The notes beneath the pieces were generated by a model that saw only the letters and a list, made by a program, of their open reading frames with translations, ran no database searches and was not told the origin of the DNA. 64,000 nucleotides of DNA. Source: Lobosporangium transversale (lineage: Eukaryota). The stretch covers positions 372,001 through 436,000 of the forward strand of contig NW_019028979.1 of assembly GCF_002105155.1 (NCBI RefSeq). Direction: 5' to 3'. This document shows positions 1 to 11,147 of this stretch, in pieces. Position 1 is the stretch's first letter; every line of letters begins with the position of its first letter. The position numbers and the translations under genes are program-made.

Positions 1-1180
1 TTCTCAGGACCTCTTGGGTCTGATACTCAAATAATGTTCCACGATAGATCGTGCTTCCTGTGTTGTGGTTAAGGCCTTCAAAACTTGTAAGGTCATTATG
101 TGAGCCGCTGCCACCGCTTCTATTCTCTTGATCATTTCTGTTCTGAGCACGGCATTGTTGTACATCGCGATTGATGTAGGGCATAGAGGAGTGGATGTCT
201 CTTGGAAAAGGTGCGGGCTCAAGCTCTGGGGACTCTGTCCCATTGCTGATAGAGGCGTAACTTTGATAGGTCATAGGCAATGAAGTGTCGATGGTTTGTA
301 GTCCCGACAGAACCAATGACGTTGGAAAGTAGTCTCTTTCATCCAACCTCTTCTTGGTTCTTCGCCTTCTCAGTATGGGTTCTGACGGTAACAGCGATGT
401 AGCTGCTACTGCTGACAATGGTATCGACGCTTGTTTTTTAGAAGCAGTTTTATTCGTCTGTGTGGCACTCAGGGTTGTTTTCTTTTGTTTATCCGATGGT
501 TCTGCCGTCGATACGGAGGCATTTAGATTTCCCTCTTCTAGTAATCTCGAGCTTGTTTTCGTCTTTCTAGCTCTTGTTTTCCTCGACAGTGACGGTGATG
601 GCGACGATGCTGTTGTTGCCGCTGCTGGAGTTGCTAACTCTACAGATGTATTGTTATCACTGCTCACCAGAGTATCTCCCTCCTCTTCTGTTATTTTTGA
701 CTTTGTCTTCCTGGGTTGCTTTGGCTTTTTAGGACCCGGCGATCCTTCTTCCATAAGCATAGCGGTGCCACTCTCATCTTTGACCTTTTTATTTCGCGTT
801 ACCGCCTTCTTTTTTCTCTTTGGCTGTTGTTCTAAAAACGGCGTTGCTTCCTCTTCTGCTTCCGTTTCAACTATGGACTCTATTGCTGATATAGGTGTCA
901 CTAACGGTGTCGGTGATGGTGATGATGATGATGATGATGATGATGACAGCGGTGGTGACGCGTAGATAATTGTAGATAGTTCAAAGTCAACAACGGTAGG
1001 AGCAGAATGTACAGTAGGGGTGTCAGTAGCAATGGAGGAGCGGAATCGGACCTTGTTGTTATTGGATTTCATATAGTAGCTACAGCTACATGGTAGTCTT
1101 AGTCTTTCTGCTCCTCTTGCTCCTGCAAGCTGTTTGCTAGTGATTATTGCTGTTGCTTTCCTGAATGTAGTCTTGATCAT
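1..1180 (-). CDS. RRG7: Rrg7/DUF2034-like mitochondrial protein (partial; continues beyond the left edge)
   Basis: Open frame from the ATG at 1180 (MIKTTFRKATAIITSKQLAGARGAERLR..., basic and presequence-like). A long S/T/K/E-rich region leads to GSTIYRGTLFEYQTQEVLR at the window edge, which resembles the start of DUF2034. It is absent from the ORF track because no stop lies in the window; the 354-965 + ORF is its antisense shadow. Confidence 0.7.
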   Translation of the reverse strand, partial: MIKTTFRKATAIITSKQLAGARGAERLRLPCSCSYYMKSNNNKVRFRSSIATDTPTVHSAPTVVDFELSTIIYASPPLSSSSSSSSSPSPTPLVTPISAIESIVETEAEEEATPFLEQQPKRKKKAVTRNKKVKDESGTAMLMEEGSPGPKKPKQPRKTKSKITEEEGDTLVSSDNNTSVELATPAAATTASSPSPSLSRKTRARKTKTSSRLLEEGNLNASVSTAEPSDKQKKTTLSATQTNKTASKKQASIPLSAVAATSLLPSEPILRRRRTKKRLDERDYFPTSLVLSGLQTIDTSLPMTYQSYASISNGTESPELEPAPFPRDIHSSMPYINRDVQQCRAQNRNDQENRSGGSGSHNDLTSFEGLNHNTGSTIYRGTLFEYQTQEVLR

Positions 1181-1751
1181 CCTTTGTGAATGAGAACAAG
1201 TTCAGGAACGATAGTTATAGACGTTTATACATATTTTAAGCGCACCTTTCCTTTGGGACAATAATAAGCTCCGAGTAATACAACGCACGCAGGTGGTGGC
1301 TTTGCCCATTGTGTCCTACCTGATTCTACTGCCATTGTGGGGGGACAGTATTAATAAAGAGAAGACAAGACAAGTGGGGACTAGCGAAGAGCCCTTATTA
1401 TGCAGATAATAAGGAAAGGAAAGAAGAGAAGGAAGGAAGGATGGAGATAAAGTGTGTTCTTTGGATAGTTAAATATGGACAAAGCATTGCAAAAGCAGTT
1501 TGATCAAAAGATGGGCTTAGTTTGCATCGTTATCAGTTATTGAAATGCCATCCATCGTCCCTCAAGTGCATGGCTGAGTTTTAAAATTTACATGTTTCTT
1601 TAAGTAGCATTTATATATTTATGACACATTGAATGTGTGTATTCTCAGTTACCATTGCTTCTTCAACTCAATTCTTTCCTTCCCATTCCTTCTTTTTGTC
1701 TCTTTTTTTTTTTTTTTTTTTTTTTTTAATCTAGTGTAATAATTCATCACC

Positions 1752-1960
1752 ATGCGTGTAAGCATCAGCCCCATTCATGTGGGAAACCTCAAGTTCTTGA
1801 TCCTTGACTGTCCATCTGACGCTACTTTGCCTGCTTACCTTCCAATTCTGGAAGAGAACCACGTCACCGACTTGGTTCGCATCTGCGAAGGAAGTCCCTA
1901 TGACCCCAAACCACTCAACGATATTGGCATCCGTGTCCATGATGACATGTAAATAATATA

Positions 1961-1991
<31 letters not shown>

Positions 1992-2382
1992 CTTTTTCTG
2001 CTTTATTTGTATTTGTATTATTATTATTTTCTTTTACTATTCAAATGTCTGGACATCTTCCTCTACTTTGTCTTGATAAACCACATTTCAGGACATGAGC
2101 TGAATTACAAAGCATTTTCCGTCTAACTTTCTTTTTGAAACCCTAATTTTATTGATCTGTCAAAAAAAAAAAAAAAAAAAAAAAAAAAAGGAAGTTTGCA
2201 GATGGTACAGCACCCGGAAAAGATATCATAGCACGTTGGCTAGAGCTAAATGATGAGGTCTTTTTCAACTCTCCTGACAAAGACCGCTGCATTGCCGTAC
2301 ACTGTATCTCTGGGATCGGAAGGGCGCCGGTAAACTTTTTTGTTTCTTTTTTTCTTTTTCACTTGTTCACCTTATATTATTC

Positions 2383-2414
<32 letters not shown>

Positions 2415-3086
2415 ACCAAACACACATATGGAAGAAAGGACATTGGACAACTGACAATGACATAAACATGATTATTATTATTTATTTATTTTTTCCCTCT
2501 TCTCCAACTTGCTGTTTCTGTTTGTTTAGGTCCTCGTTACGATCTCTCTTATTGAAGGAGGCATGGATCCATTGGTAAAATGCTGAAAAAAAAAAAAAAA
2601 AAAAGATTTTCTTGTCAATGATTTTGATTTTGGAGAAGCGGAGCAAAATAATTAATTAGGATTAAAAAATATTGCCTTTTTCAGGATGCCATCGCATATA
2701 TTCGGAAAGCCAGAAGGGGTGCCCTCAACCGCATTCAGATTGCATTCATAGACGGGTAAAAAAAAAAAAAAAAAAAAAAAAATGCTAAACTTTGACTTTT
2801 GCAAGAAAGGACGTCTGTTTTTATTACTATTGATACTATTGCTATTGTTAATATTTATGCATTATGTACCCTAATTCAATTGTGACGATTATCCTACTTG
2901 TATATTTTTAACATCCATGTTATATTTAGGTATAAGAAAAGAAAGCATGGTTTCGGAACAAAAAAGAACACCAGCGCAGTATCAGGGTCTAATTCATCTG
3001 GATCAACAAGTCAGTCTGTAGCATCAGGGACTGGGACTGAGAAAAAGAAAAGTGGATTTATATCCAAGATGTTTGGAAAGAAATAA
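1752..3086 (+). CDS. PRL/PTP4A-type protein tyrosine phosphatase
   Basis: Exons ~1752-1948, 2191-2329, 2531-2574, 2685-2755 and 2930-3086, all GT-AG. Motifs: KFLILDCPSDATL, VTDLVRICE, catalytic IAVHCISGIGRAP, VLVTISLIEGGM, IRKARRGALN. Confidence 0.9.
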
Positions 3087-3437
3087 AATAATAATGCAAA
3101 AAAAAAAAAAAAAAAGAAAAAAAAAGAAAAAAAGAAAAATAGTTATAAATTATGGGTATACAAATATAAAACATAAAGCTGTGAGAACGTGTTGTGGTCT
3201 GTGGGGGAAGAGGGGAAATGGGCGAAAGCGGTGGAGGGAGATCATAGACCCAGTAAAATTTTTTTTATTTCGGAACTTTATTTCGCAGTCTCTTTGTCTT
3301 TTTTTATTTTTTTATTTGCATTCAACTTTTTTTTTCTTTTTTCACTTTTCATACTTTTCATTCATTTGTCTCATTGAGCTTTGCATCAAGCATCCTTTTT
3401 TTTTTTTTTTTTTTGTTTCTTAAATCGATTTGATCTC

Positions 3438-3588
3438 ATGTCACATTCAACACAGACAACTCATAAGGACATTGTGAAAATCACGGCTGATACTATCAGC
3501 TTGGATGAAATTGCACAGTCTGTTCATGATCCAAAAGCAGGTGCTATCTCGACCTTCTCTGGCACTACACGCGACAACTTTGAAGGTG

Positions 3589-3626
<38 letters not shown>

Positions 3627-4076
3627 ATTTTTTTTTTTCTCGTTTCTTTCTTTCTCTTTCTGTTTTTGAGTCAGAGATAACTCACAAGGAAATATATAAA
3701 TATATATGTATATATATTGGGTTTTCACTTTTTTATAGATAGAGAAGTAAAAACTCTTTCATATGAAGCTTATATCCCCATGGCAGAGAAAGCAATGCAG
3801 TCATTGATCACAACGGCGCGTTCAAAGTGGGATGATTTGATCCATGTGGCGATTGTACACAAGATTGGAGATTGTCCTGTAGGCGAAACCAGTGTGGTGA
3901 TTGCAGTCTCTTCAGGTCATCGGAAACAAGGCCTTGAGGCTGTCCATTGGTTGATCGATGAATTGAAAGTTCAAGTTCCAATCTGGAAGAAGGAAGTTTA
4001 TGTCGGTCATGATGCTCAGACCGGTGCAGAGATTGACGGAGGTGCAGTCTGGAAAGCGAACGACACCATGATCTAA
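3438..4076 (+). CDS. MOCS2B: Molybdopterin synthase catalytic (large) subunit, MoaE/MOCS2B/CnxH family
   Basis: Exons 3438-3585 and 3739-4076. Motifs: AGAISTFSGTTRD, LSYEAY.PMA, VHKIG..PVGETSVVIAVSSGHR, IDELK.QVPIWKKE. Confidence 0.95.
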
Positions 4077-5367
4077 TAGACATTAGAGAAAAAAAAAAAA
4101 AAAAAAAAAAAAACACGTGCTTTTTCAATGACTTTTTGCGGTGAAAACGCGTCTCTCAAAACGTGCTTTATAAGCTTTTCTATAATAGCTCCACCCTATT
4201 TTGTATTCAGTATCAATGTATATAAAGATTGATTATTCCAAGTACAAATGTACATTTCACCAAGGACGAGACAGTTTTAAAAGGTTTTGGGATAAAAAAA
4301 AAAGAAGAAAGAAGAAAGAGGAGAAAGACTTTATAGATGTAGAATCTTTGATTATTAATGTATTTGCACAGATTACAATGTATGAATACTGAAGTTGTCG
4401 TTTTCATCAAGGATTCAGATTGTTGGAAACAAGAGTTCGAAAAGCTTTTTTTTGTTAAACTTGTTTTGCCAAAAAGATTAAATGAGAGAAAGTGAAGGTT
4501 CGAGTTTTATGAGAAGGTTAAACCAATTACAAGTATACATTTATACTATCCAATTATTTTTTTGCGATTCAGATTTAATCTTGAGCGCAATGAGCCACTC
4601 TTCCATCACAAACAGGTTTTAGTATGTCATGATATTTATTCTATTCTTCCCCGGGTCCAAAGAAATTTGTCCAACATTAAGCAAGTTTCCTGTTTCCTGG
4701 ATTGGTTTGTCTGCTTCTTCCAGGAACCAAACAAGCGATGAGCAGCAGGAAAAATAAAAAATAAAAAAAAAAACAACATCCCCATTCTTCTCTTTCTCCC
4801 TCTCCTTTCTCTCTTTCTCTCACCTTTCCTCACTCTTTCTCACTCTTTCTCTCTTTTTCTCGCCCTCTCTGTCTTTTCTCACACTCAACAAGACCTCGGC
4901 TCGTCCTTTCTTTTCTGCTCCCTACAGTACGCCCTTCCCCTCAAAAAAACAAAAAACAAACAAATAAACAACTTTTCTTTAATTGATTAATCCCTCACCC
5001 TTTTCTTTTTTTTATTTTATTTTATTTTTTTATTTATTTTGCTCACTCTCATTGCATTCATCCTGCATTCTCATTGCATCGCTTCTCAACAATCATTCAT
5101 CTTTTTTTTTTAGCACTAAAAAAATATAAAGTAAAAGAGACAGGGAAAAAAAAAAAAAAAAAAAGCGTAGAGTTAATATACGAATACGAAATATTAGATA
5201 TGGTTATTTTGTAACACCATTATCATCAATCATTTCTTTCTTTTCCTCCCTTTCTTATGAAAAGGGCTTGTTCTAGAAAAACAGAGTGAGAGCAAAATAA
5301 GAAAGAGGGAAGAAAGCAATAAAAAAAAAAAAAAAAAAAAAAAAAAAGAGTAGGGCATCCTGGAAAA

Positions 5368-5445
5368 ATGTATTACTCTCAGCAGGAATACCATCACCAG
5401 AAGCAATCTCCACCATCTCAGGAGATGCACCAAGCTAACCAGTCT

Positions 5446-5476
<31 letters not shown>

Positions 5477-5994
5477 AGCAGCAGCAACAACAACAACAAC
5501 AACAGCAACTACAATATCACCAGCAACAGCAGTATCAACAACATCAGCAACATCAACAATATCAGCAATATCAACGTAATCATTATTCTCAGCAGGGATC
5601 GTCTTCATCTTCCAACGGTAATAGCAGCACTGATGGTGACAATCTTTATAGTCCCGGTCACGCTCATTATAATCAACAGCAACATCCACATCCACAGCAA
5701 CAACATCAGCAGGGCTATTATCAAGACTATCGAGAACAGCAATCTTCAGGACAGGGTCAACAGGGACACGATCAGAGCCAATTGAGATACATTCATGATC
5801 AGCAACAACAGCAACAACTTCAATATCAACAACAACATCACCCGCCATCTACGCAACAGCAAGAGCATGAGGATGACAGATCAGCCTCTGCTTCAGAGTC
5901 GGCGATGGGCTCTTCTTCTACACCTTGGTCCGAGAATGGGTCAAGGTAAGAAAAATAAGATGCGTCTCCTTTCTCTCACATCCTTTCCCTCCTC

Positions 5995-6035
<41 letters not shown>

Positions 6036-6615
6036 CTTTTCTTTTTCTTTTTTTTCTTTTTCTTTTTCTTTTTCTTTTTTTCTTTTTTTCTTTTTTTATT
6101 ACATTTTACTGGTCAAAAAGAAAGTTTCTAGCACAAATGCATGCACAATTAGACTATAATTTGTTATTTACCCTTCTTTATTTACCTTCTTTATTATGAT
6201 TCTTATGTATTAATGAATATTCCATTATGCTTACCTTCCTCCTTTCTTCATTACTCTCGCCTCGACCAATGTAGCATGAGATTCAAGGTCACATTGGAAG
6301 CTCAGACAGCAGCCATGCAACGCCAGGATGAAACTTCGGTCACATATCTTAATAAAGGACAGTTTTACACTATCGGATTGGAGGACACGGAGGAGTACGA
6401 TGACGAAATCACCAGTGTGGTCAGGGTCGCGTTCCACGATGCATCTCATCGACATCTTGCAGCTCGGTATTGGAGCTTCTGGCTGAGTCAACAACCTAGC
6501 CCAAAAACAGCTAGAGCTTTGGACATTGGTAAACAAACAAGAACCAACAAACAATAATACCAACAAAAAAAAATACCCATGAAATATTACCTTTCAAGTA
6601 ACATCTATTGTATAC

Positions 6616-6648
<33 letters not shown>

Positions 6649-8477
6649 TATCAGAAAAGGCTTCGTCAATAGGGGTTATTGAAGTGCATTCCAAGACCTT
6701 TGATCAGATATCTTTCAAATGGAACGGCAAAAAAGGAGCTAAACTGATGGTTCGATTCAACTGTTTATCGACGGATTTCTCACGTATCAAAGGAGTCAAA
6801 GGGATTCCATTGCGTGTACACATGGATACATCATTGGAGAAGAAGAAAAAGAAGACGAAGGTGAAGGCTAACAGCAGCAAGAATAACAAGAAAGGTTCAT
6901 CGGTATTATTATTGTCATCTAGTTCCTCCTCTTCATCATCTTCACCATCTTTATCAGCATCATCTTCACCTTCATTGGCTTCACCATCATCAAGTAGACC
7001 AAACAACAGCACCAACAGCAAAAGCACCAACAGCAAAAGTACCAACAGCAAAAGCACCAATAACAATGTTAATGACGACGACAATGGTAACGACAATGAC
7101 AACGGAAACGATGGTAACCATAATTGTACTGAGGATGATAGCAACTCCATTGAACGATCATTTCTTAAAGTGAAATTGTTCCGCGATAAGGTAAAGTTGA
7201 AATAAAAAGGATTTAGGCTTTTTATAAATATACATGAAAAGAAAAAAGAAAAAAGAAAAAAGAAAAAAAAAAAAAGCTAAGGAAAAGCGTTTGTCTTGCC
7301 TTTTTTTTTTTTTTCCCTCCTTTTTTGTATGCCTTTCTTAGGGCGCAGAACGTAAAAACAAAGATGATCACAAGCATTTGGAGAAATTGTGGGATAAGAT
7401 GCGAGGCAAGAATCAAGACACGAATCCATTGACCAGCATGCTTGCACCTGTTCAGGCTGTCTCGATCTTTACAGAATGTTTAGATCATCTTGAAGACGAA
7501 TCAGATGAAGACGAGACATTGGATCTGTCTGAAAATCTGGCGAACATTCCAGACTCAATAGAGGATAATGCTGATGGTGAAGGAGATGATAATGATGGTA
7601 CTGGAGAAGGCAAAAGAAGCGTTGGTGGCAATAATCATGAGAGTATAGAATCTTCTTCAAGATATGGCTTACCAAACAATCAACAAGGCAATAACCATAC
7701 TAATGCTAATGCTAATAATAATAGCAATAGTAGTTACAATAACACCAACAATAATACGTATGGGATCCCAACTTCAGCAGCTACGGCATTAACTCAGACT
7801 CAGACTCAGACTCAGACTCAGGCCCAAGCACAAGGACAAGCACAACAAGCTACTATAGGAATTGCTGGAGGAAGTGGGAGCAGCAAGAAACGGAAGCGTA
7901 ATACGGATAACGGAGGTAAATAAGGAGAAAGACGGAGAACTGACAATATGAATTTTATTATCAAATCCCTGTTCTTCGGCCACTAATATGTATACATCTA
8001 TACCCACACACACACATATATATTGTAGAAGCACAGAGACGAAGGCATGGACAAGGACAAGGACAAGGACAAGGACAAGGACAAGGACAGGGGCAAGAGT
8101 ATGAGCAAGAAGACTTTTCAACATTTCAGGAAAATGATGATGGCGACGGTAGTCACTTGCTCCGCGCCAGTTACGTACAACACGTGCGCAAGAAGCGACC
8201 AGTGTTGTGCCTGTATATTAAAATTGGTGGTGAGCCTGTCTACCGGGCTGTGTACCTGGAAAAACAAACGGTTGCGGACTTGATCCAGAAGCTTTCGGAG
8301 AAGCTTGAGATCCAATCTTCGACTATCACATCTGTCTATAGAAAAACAGTCAAGAAGGAGCTGATGGTCCGTGTTGACGATGCCATGGTCGCTCAGATGA
8401 CTGACGAACTTGATATGGCTGTTGAATACGAATTCAATCAGTTGGATGGAAGTGTCAACTTGACGCTCAAGTATTAA
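5368..8477 (+). CDS. CP2/Grainyhead-family transcription factor with poly-Q N-terminus
   Basis: Exons ~5368-5945, 6275-6528, 6655-7190, 7342-7916 and 8029-8477. Motifs: VTYLNKGQFY, RFNCLSTDFSRIKGVKGIPLR, KLFRDKGAERK, and C-terminal VLCLYIK...YRAVYL. Confidence 0.93.
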
Positions 8478-8762
8478 ATAATGAACGAAAGGGAAAAAAT
8501 AAAAATAATCGATATAGGGTAAGGGACTAAAAAAAAAAAAAAAAAAAAAAAAAAGCATGGCATTAGATGTTGTATAATTATGATACATTTTTATTATTTT
8601 TTATTTTTATTTTTTTGTGGATGGTTTTTTCTTTGATCTTTTTCCTTAGTATGGAATATGAAATAGGAGAGGGGTTCCGGGATCTTTTTTATCTTTCTTT
8701 TTTTCTTTTCATTTGGCATTAAATCAATCAACGATGTCGTAACAAAAGAAAATCTACGCTTT

Positions 8763-8795
<33 letters not shown>

Positions 8796-9176
8796 AATAA
8801 ATAAATAAATAAAAATAAAATAAAATAAAAATGAAAAACAAAGAAACAAGGTCATAAAAAATAAAGAAAAAGTGTCAAATTCACGGAAAAGGTCCAGCTT
8901 TTACGTGACAAGGATTTGTTATTCCTTGAAGTAAAGAAAGAAAGAAAAAAAAAAAAAAGGGACAAACAGGGCGCAAGGGAAATAAGGATGATGATGCCAA
9001 TAAAAAAAGAAAAAGAAAACGAAAAGGAAAAAGAAACAGGAACAAAATGAGACAGCTAGTGAATAGAGGAGAATGCACGCAATATTTTTTTTTTTTTTTG
9101 TACTTTTTGTACTTTTTTTTCTTTTTTGTTTGTATGTATATGTGTCTGTGTGTAAGTGTTTCCATGCTGACGAAGC

Positions 9177-9649
9177 TCACTGATTAGATATCCTAATGTT
9201 CAAGAGTTCCTCGCTCTCCTTTTCTGACAGTATTGGTCCGCTGGGTGAGGTTTGCGGGAATGCTGGCGTTGGCGGTCTCATCCTCTGCGCCTTCTCACGA
9301 AGATCCACATAACTATTAAATAAAATAAAAAGTCAAGCCCATTGACAAAGAAAACGCAGTCAGTGACGGATCTTTAATAAGCAAAATACAAAAATAAATA
9401 AATAAATAAATATAGATAAATAAATAAAAAGCCGTGGCTGTGTTTGTCTTACCTATAACAAGCGCCTCCAATAAGAGTCATGATGATACCCAATCCGTTC
9501 AAGAATCCAATCTTGGTGTTAAACACCGTAACAGCAACCACGATCGACAACACTTGTTTGACATTGGCTGGAGAGAAAAGTAAACAGAAGATAAAAAGAA
9601 AGAAAAATCAGCGTCAATTTACCTTTGTAGAGTACAATAGGTAAGAAAA

Positions 9650-9680
<31 letters not shown>

Positions 9681-10369
9681 GTGGATTTGAATTGGCACTC
9701 ACCAGCGACAGTCATGGTCAAGGCACTGGTCTTCTTGTTGGCGGTAAAGGAGACATAGTTGAGGAAGAAGGCAATGATACCATTGATCGAAAGGGCCAAG
9801 ATCAAGCTATAGCTCATCTCTGTCTTGCAGAACGACACGACCTCATCCAGTTCGCCCTTCATCCACGAAAAGATGACTGTCTGCACAAATGCCAGAGGAC
9901 TCATTCGGAGCAACAGATCAAGGGGATGAAGCTGAAGACGACCGACCTGGATACGGTTGGTGACAACGGTCTTTGTCGCAGCGAGGACTGTGCCGAGGAC
10001 GGTGAGGAAAAAGCCCATGGCAGTGTAGGAGTAATCACCAACAGTTGCCATGTAGACTCCCAAGAGTAAAGGTACCAACGAGAGATAGGTCATGCCGCTG
10101 TATCTCTTTCCGAGGAATGCAACCGAGATGGCAATTGTGAAGACTGGTGTCATGGCACGAACAACCTGGTGGAAGGCGACAGAGACCTCATTTCTGGAAG
10201 GATAAGAAAAAAAGAAAAAAAGAAAAAAATTTTAGACTTACACACATGTTTCCATTAATTTTTTTAGACCGGTTTTCGCCTTCGATCCTTGTCCTCCGCT
10301 CCTGATCTTTCCCATAGCTATTGCCGGTGACTGATCCTGAACTTTCTTGTTTGTCATCTGCATATTTTC

Positions 10370-10405
<36 letters not shown>

Positions 10406-10834
10406 TTTGCCTTTGCTTTTGCGTTTGCTTCTCTGTTGGATCCATCCTCAATAAATGATACAAACAAGAAAAAAAAAACCGAGAGAGAAAGAAAAGACTT
10501 ACAGTGAAACGTTACTGATAGCAATGTTGAGAGTGTAGAGAAATGAAAACATCAACATGACCATATTTTCGTGTTCTCCAAGCTGTGCAGGTGTGAAGTA
10601 ACCCATCCGAGCCATGATATAAGCACCCACGCCGGAGCAAAGAGTGTGGATCCCTGTCAGGGTCCAAGGGAAACCAAAGTGGAATGTACTGAGGATAGCC
10701 TTGTTATAGATGGTCAGGGTGAGGTTGAGAAGGAAATACATGGCCAGCCATGTGTAGGACGTATCAACCTTGCCCGGCCTAGTGGTTGCAGCAGCAGAGA
10801 GCTGCAAAGGATGGGGTCGTTCCTTCCCGAGCAT
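9177..10834 (-). CDS. Triose-phosphate/nucleotide-sugar transporter family (TPT/SLC35E-like) membrane protein
   Basis: Exons ~10834-10503, 10193-9703, 9568-9453 and 9312-9177. Motifs: YFLLNLTLTIYNK, FPWTLTGIH, YTLNIAISNVSL, FHQVVRAMTP, NYVSFTANKKTSALTMTVAANVKQ. The start codon is uncertain. Confidence 0.88.
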
Positions 10835-11120
10835 CTGGCCCGCGGAAAGGGATGTACGCTTTGTGTGTGAAATGGTGGAAATCCTGCCTTTGTAGGCGAA
10901 AAAGAAAAAGAAAAAGAAAAAAAAAAAAAAAAAAAAAAAAAAGGAGAATGTGGGGAGATTAAAAGGAGAGGAGAGAAGAAATTCCTGATGAAAAGATAAA
11001 GGCAATGCTGTTCTGGGCACTGGGATGAAGACGAGGATTGTCTAAATGATGAATGAACAGACACTAAGAAGAAAAAGGGAGAGAGAGAGAGATGAAAAAA
11101 AAAAAAAAAAAAAAAAAAAA

Positions 11121-11147
11121 GTCAGTCAGTCAGTCAGTCAGTCAGTC
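11121..11147. repeat. (GTCA)n microsatellite
   Basis: gtcagtcagtcagtcagtcagtcagtc lies directly beside an A-run (a T-run on the - strand). Confidence 0.9.

Noticed and set aside
354..965. 203-aa hydrophobic + strand ORF
   Set aside because: It is the antisense shadow of the K/E/S-rich Rrg7-like ORF on the - strand.
3087..3437. Upstream MOCS2A ORF, as in the bicistronic animal MOCS2
   Set aside because: No ubiquitin-like ORF ending in GG is found upstream of the MoaE coding region.
8047..8283. ORF beginning MDKDKDKDK
   Set aside because: Wrong frame; splice phase shows the repeat is read as GQGQGQ within the CP2 factor.
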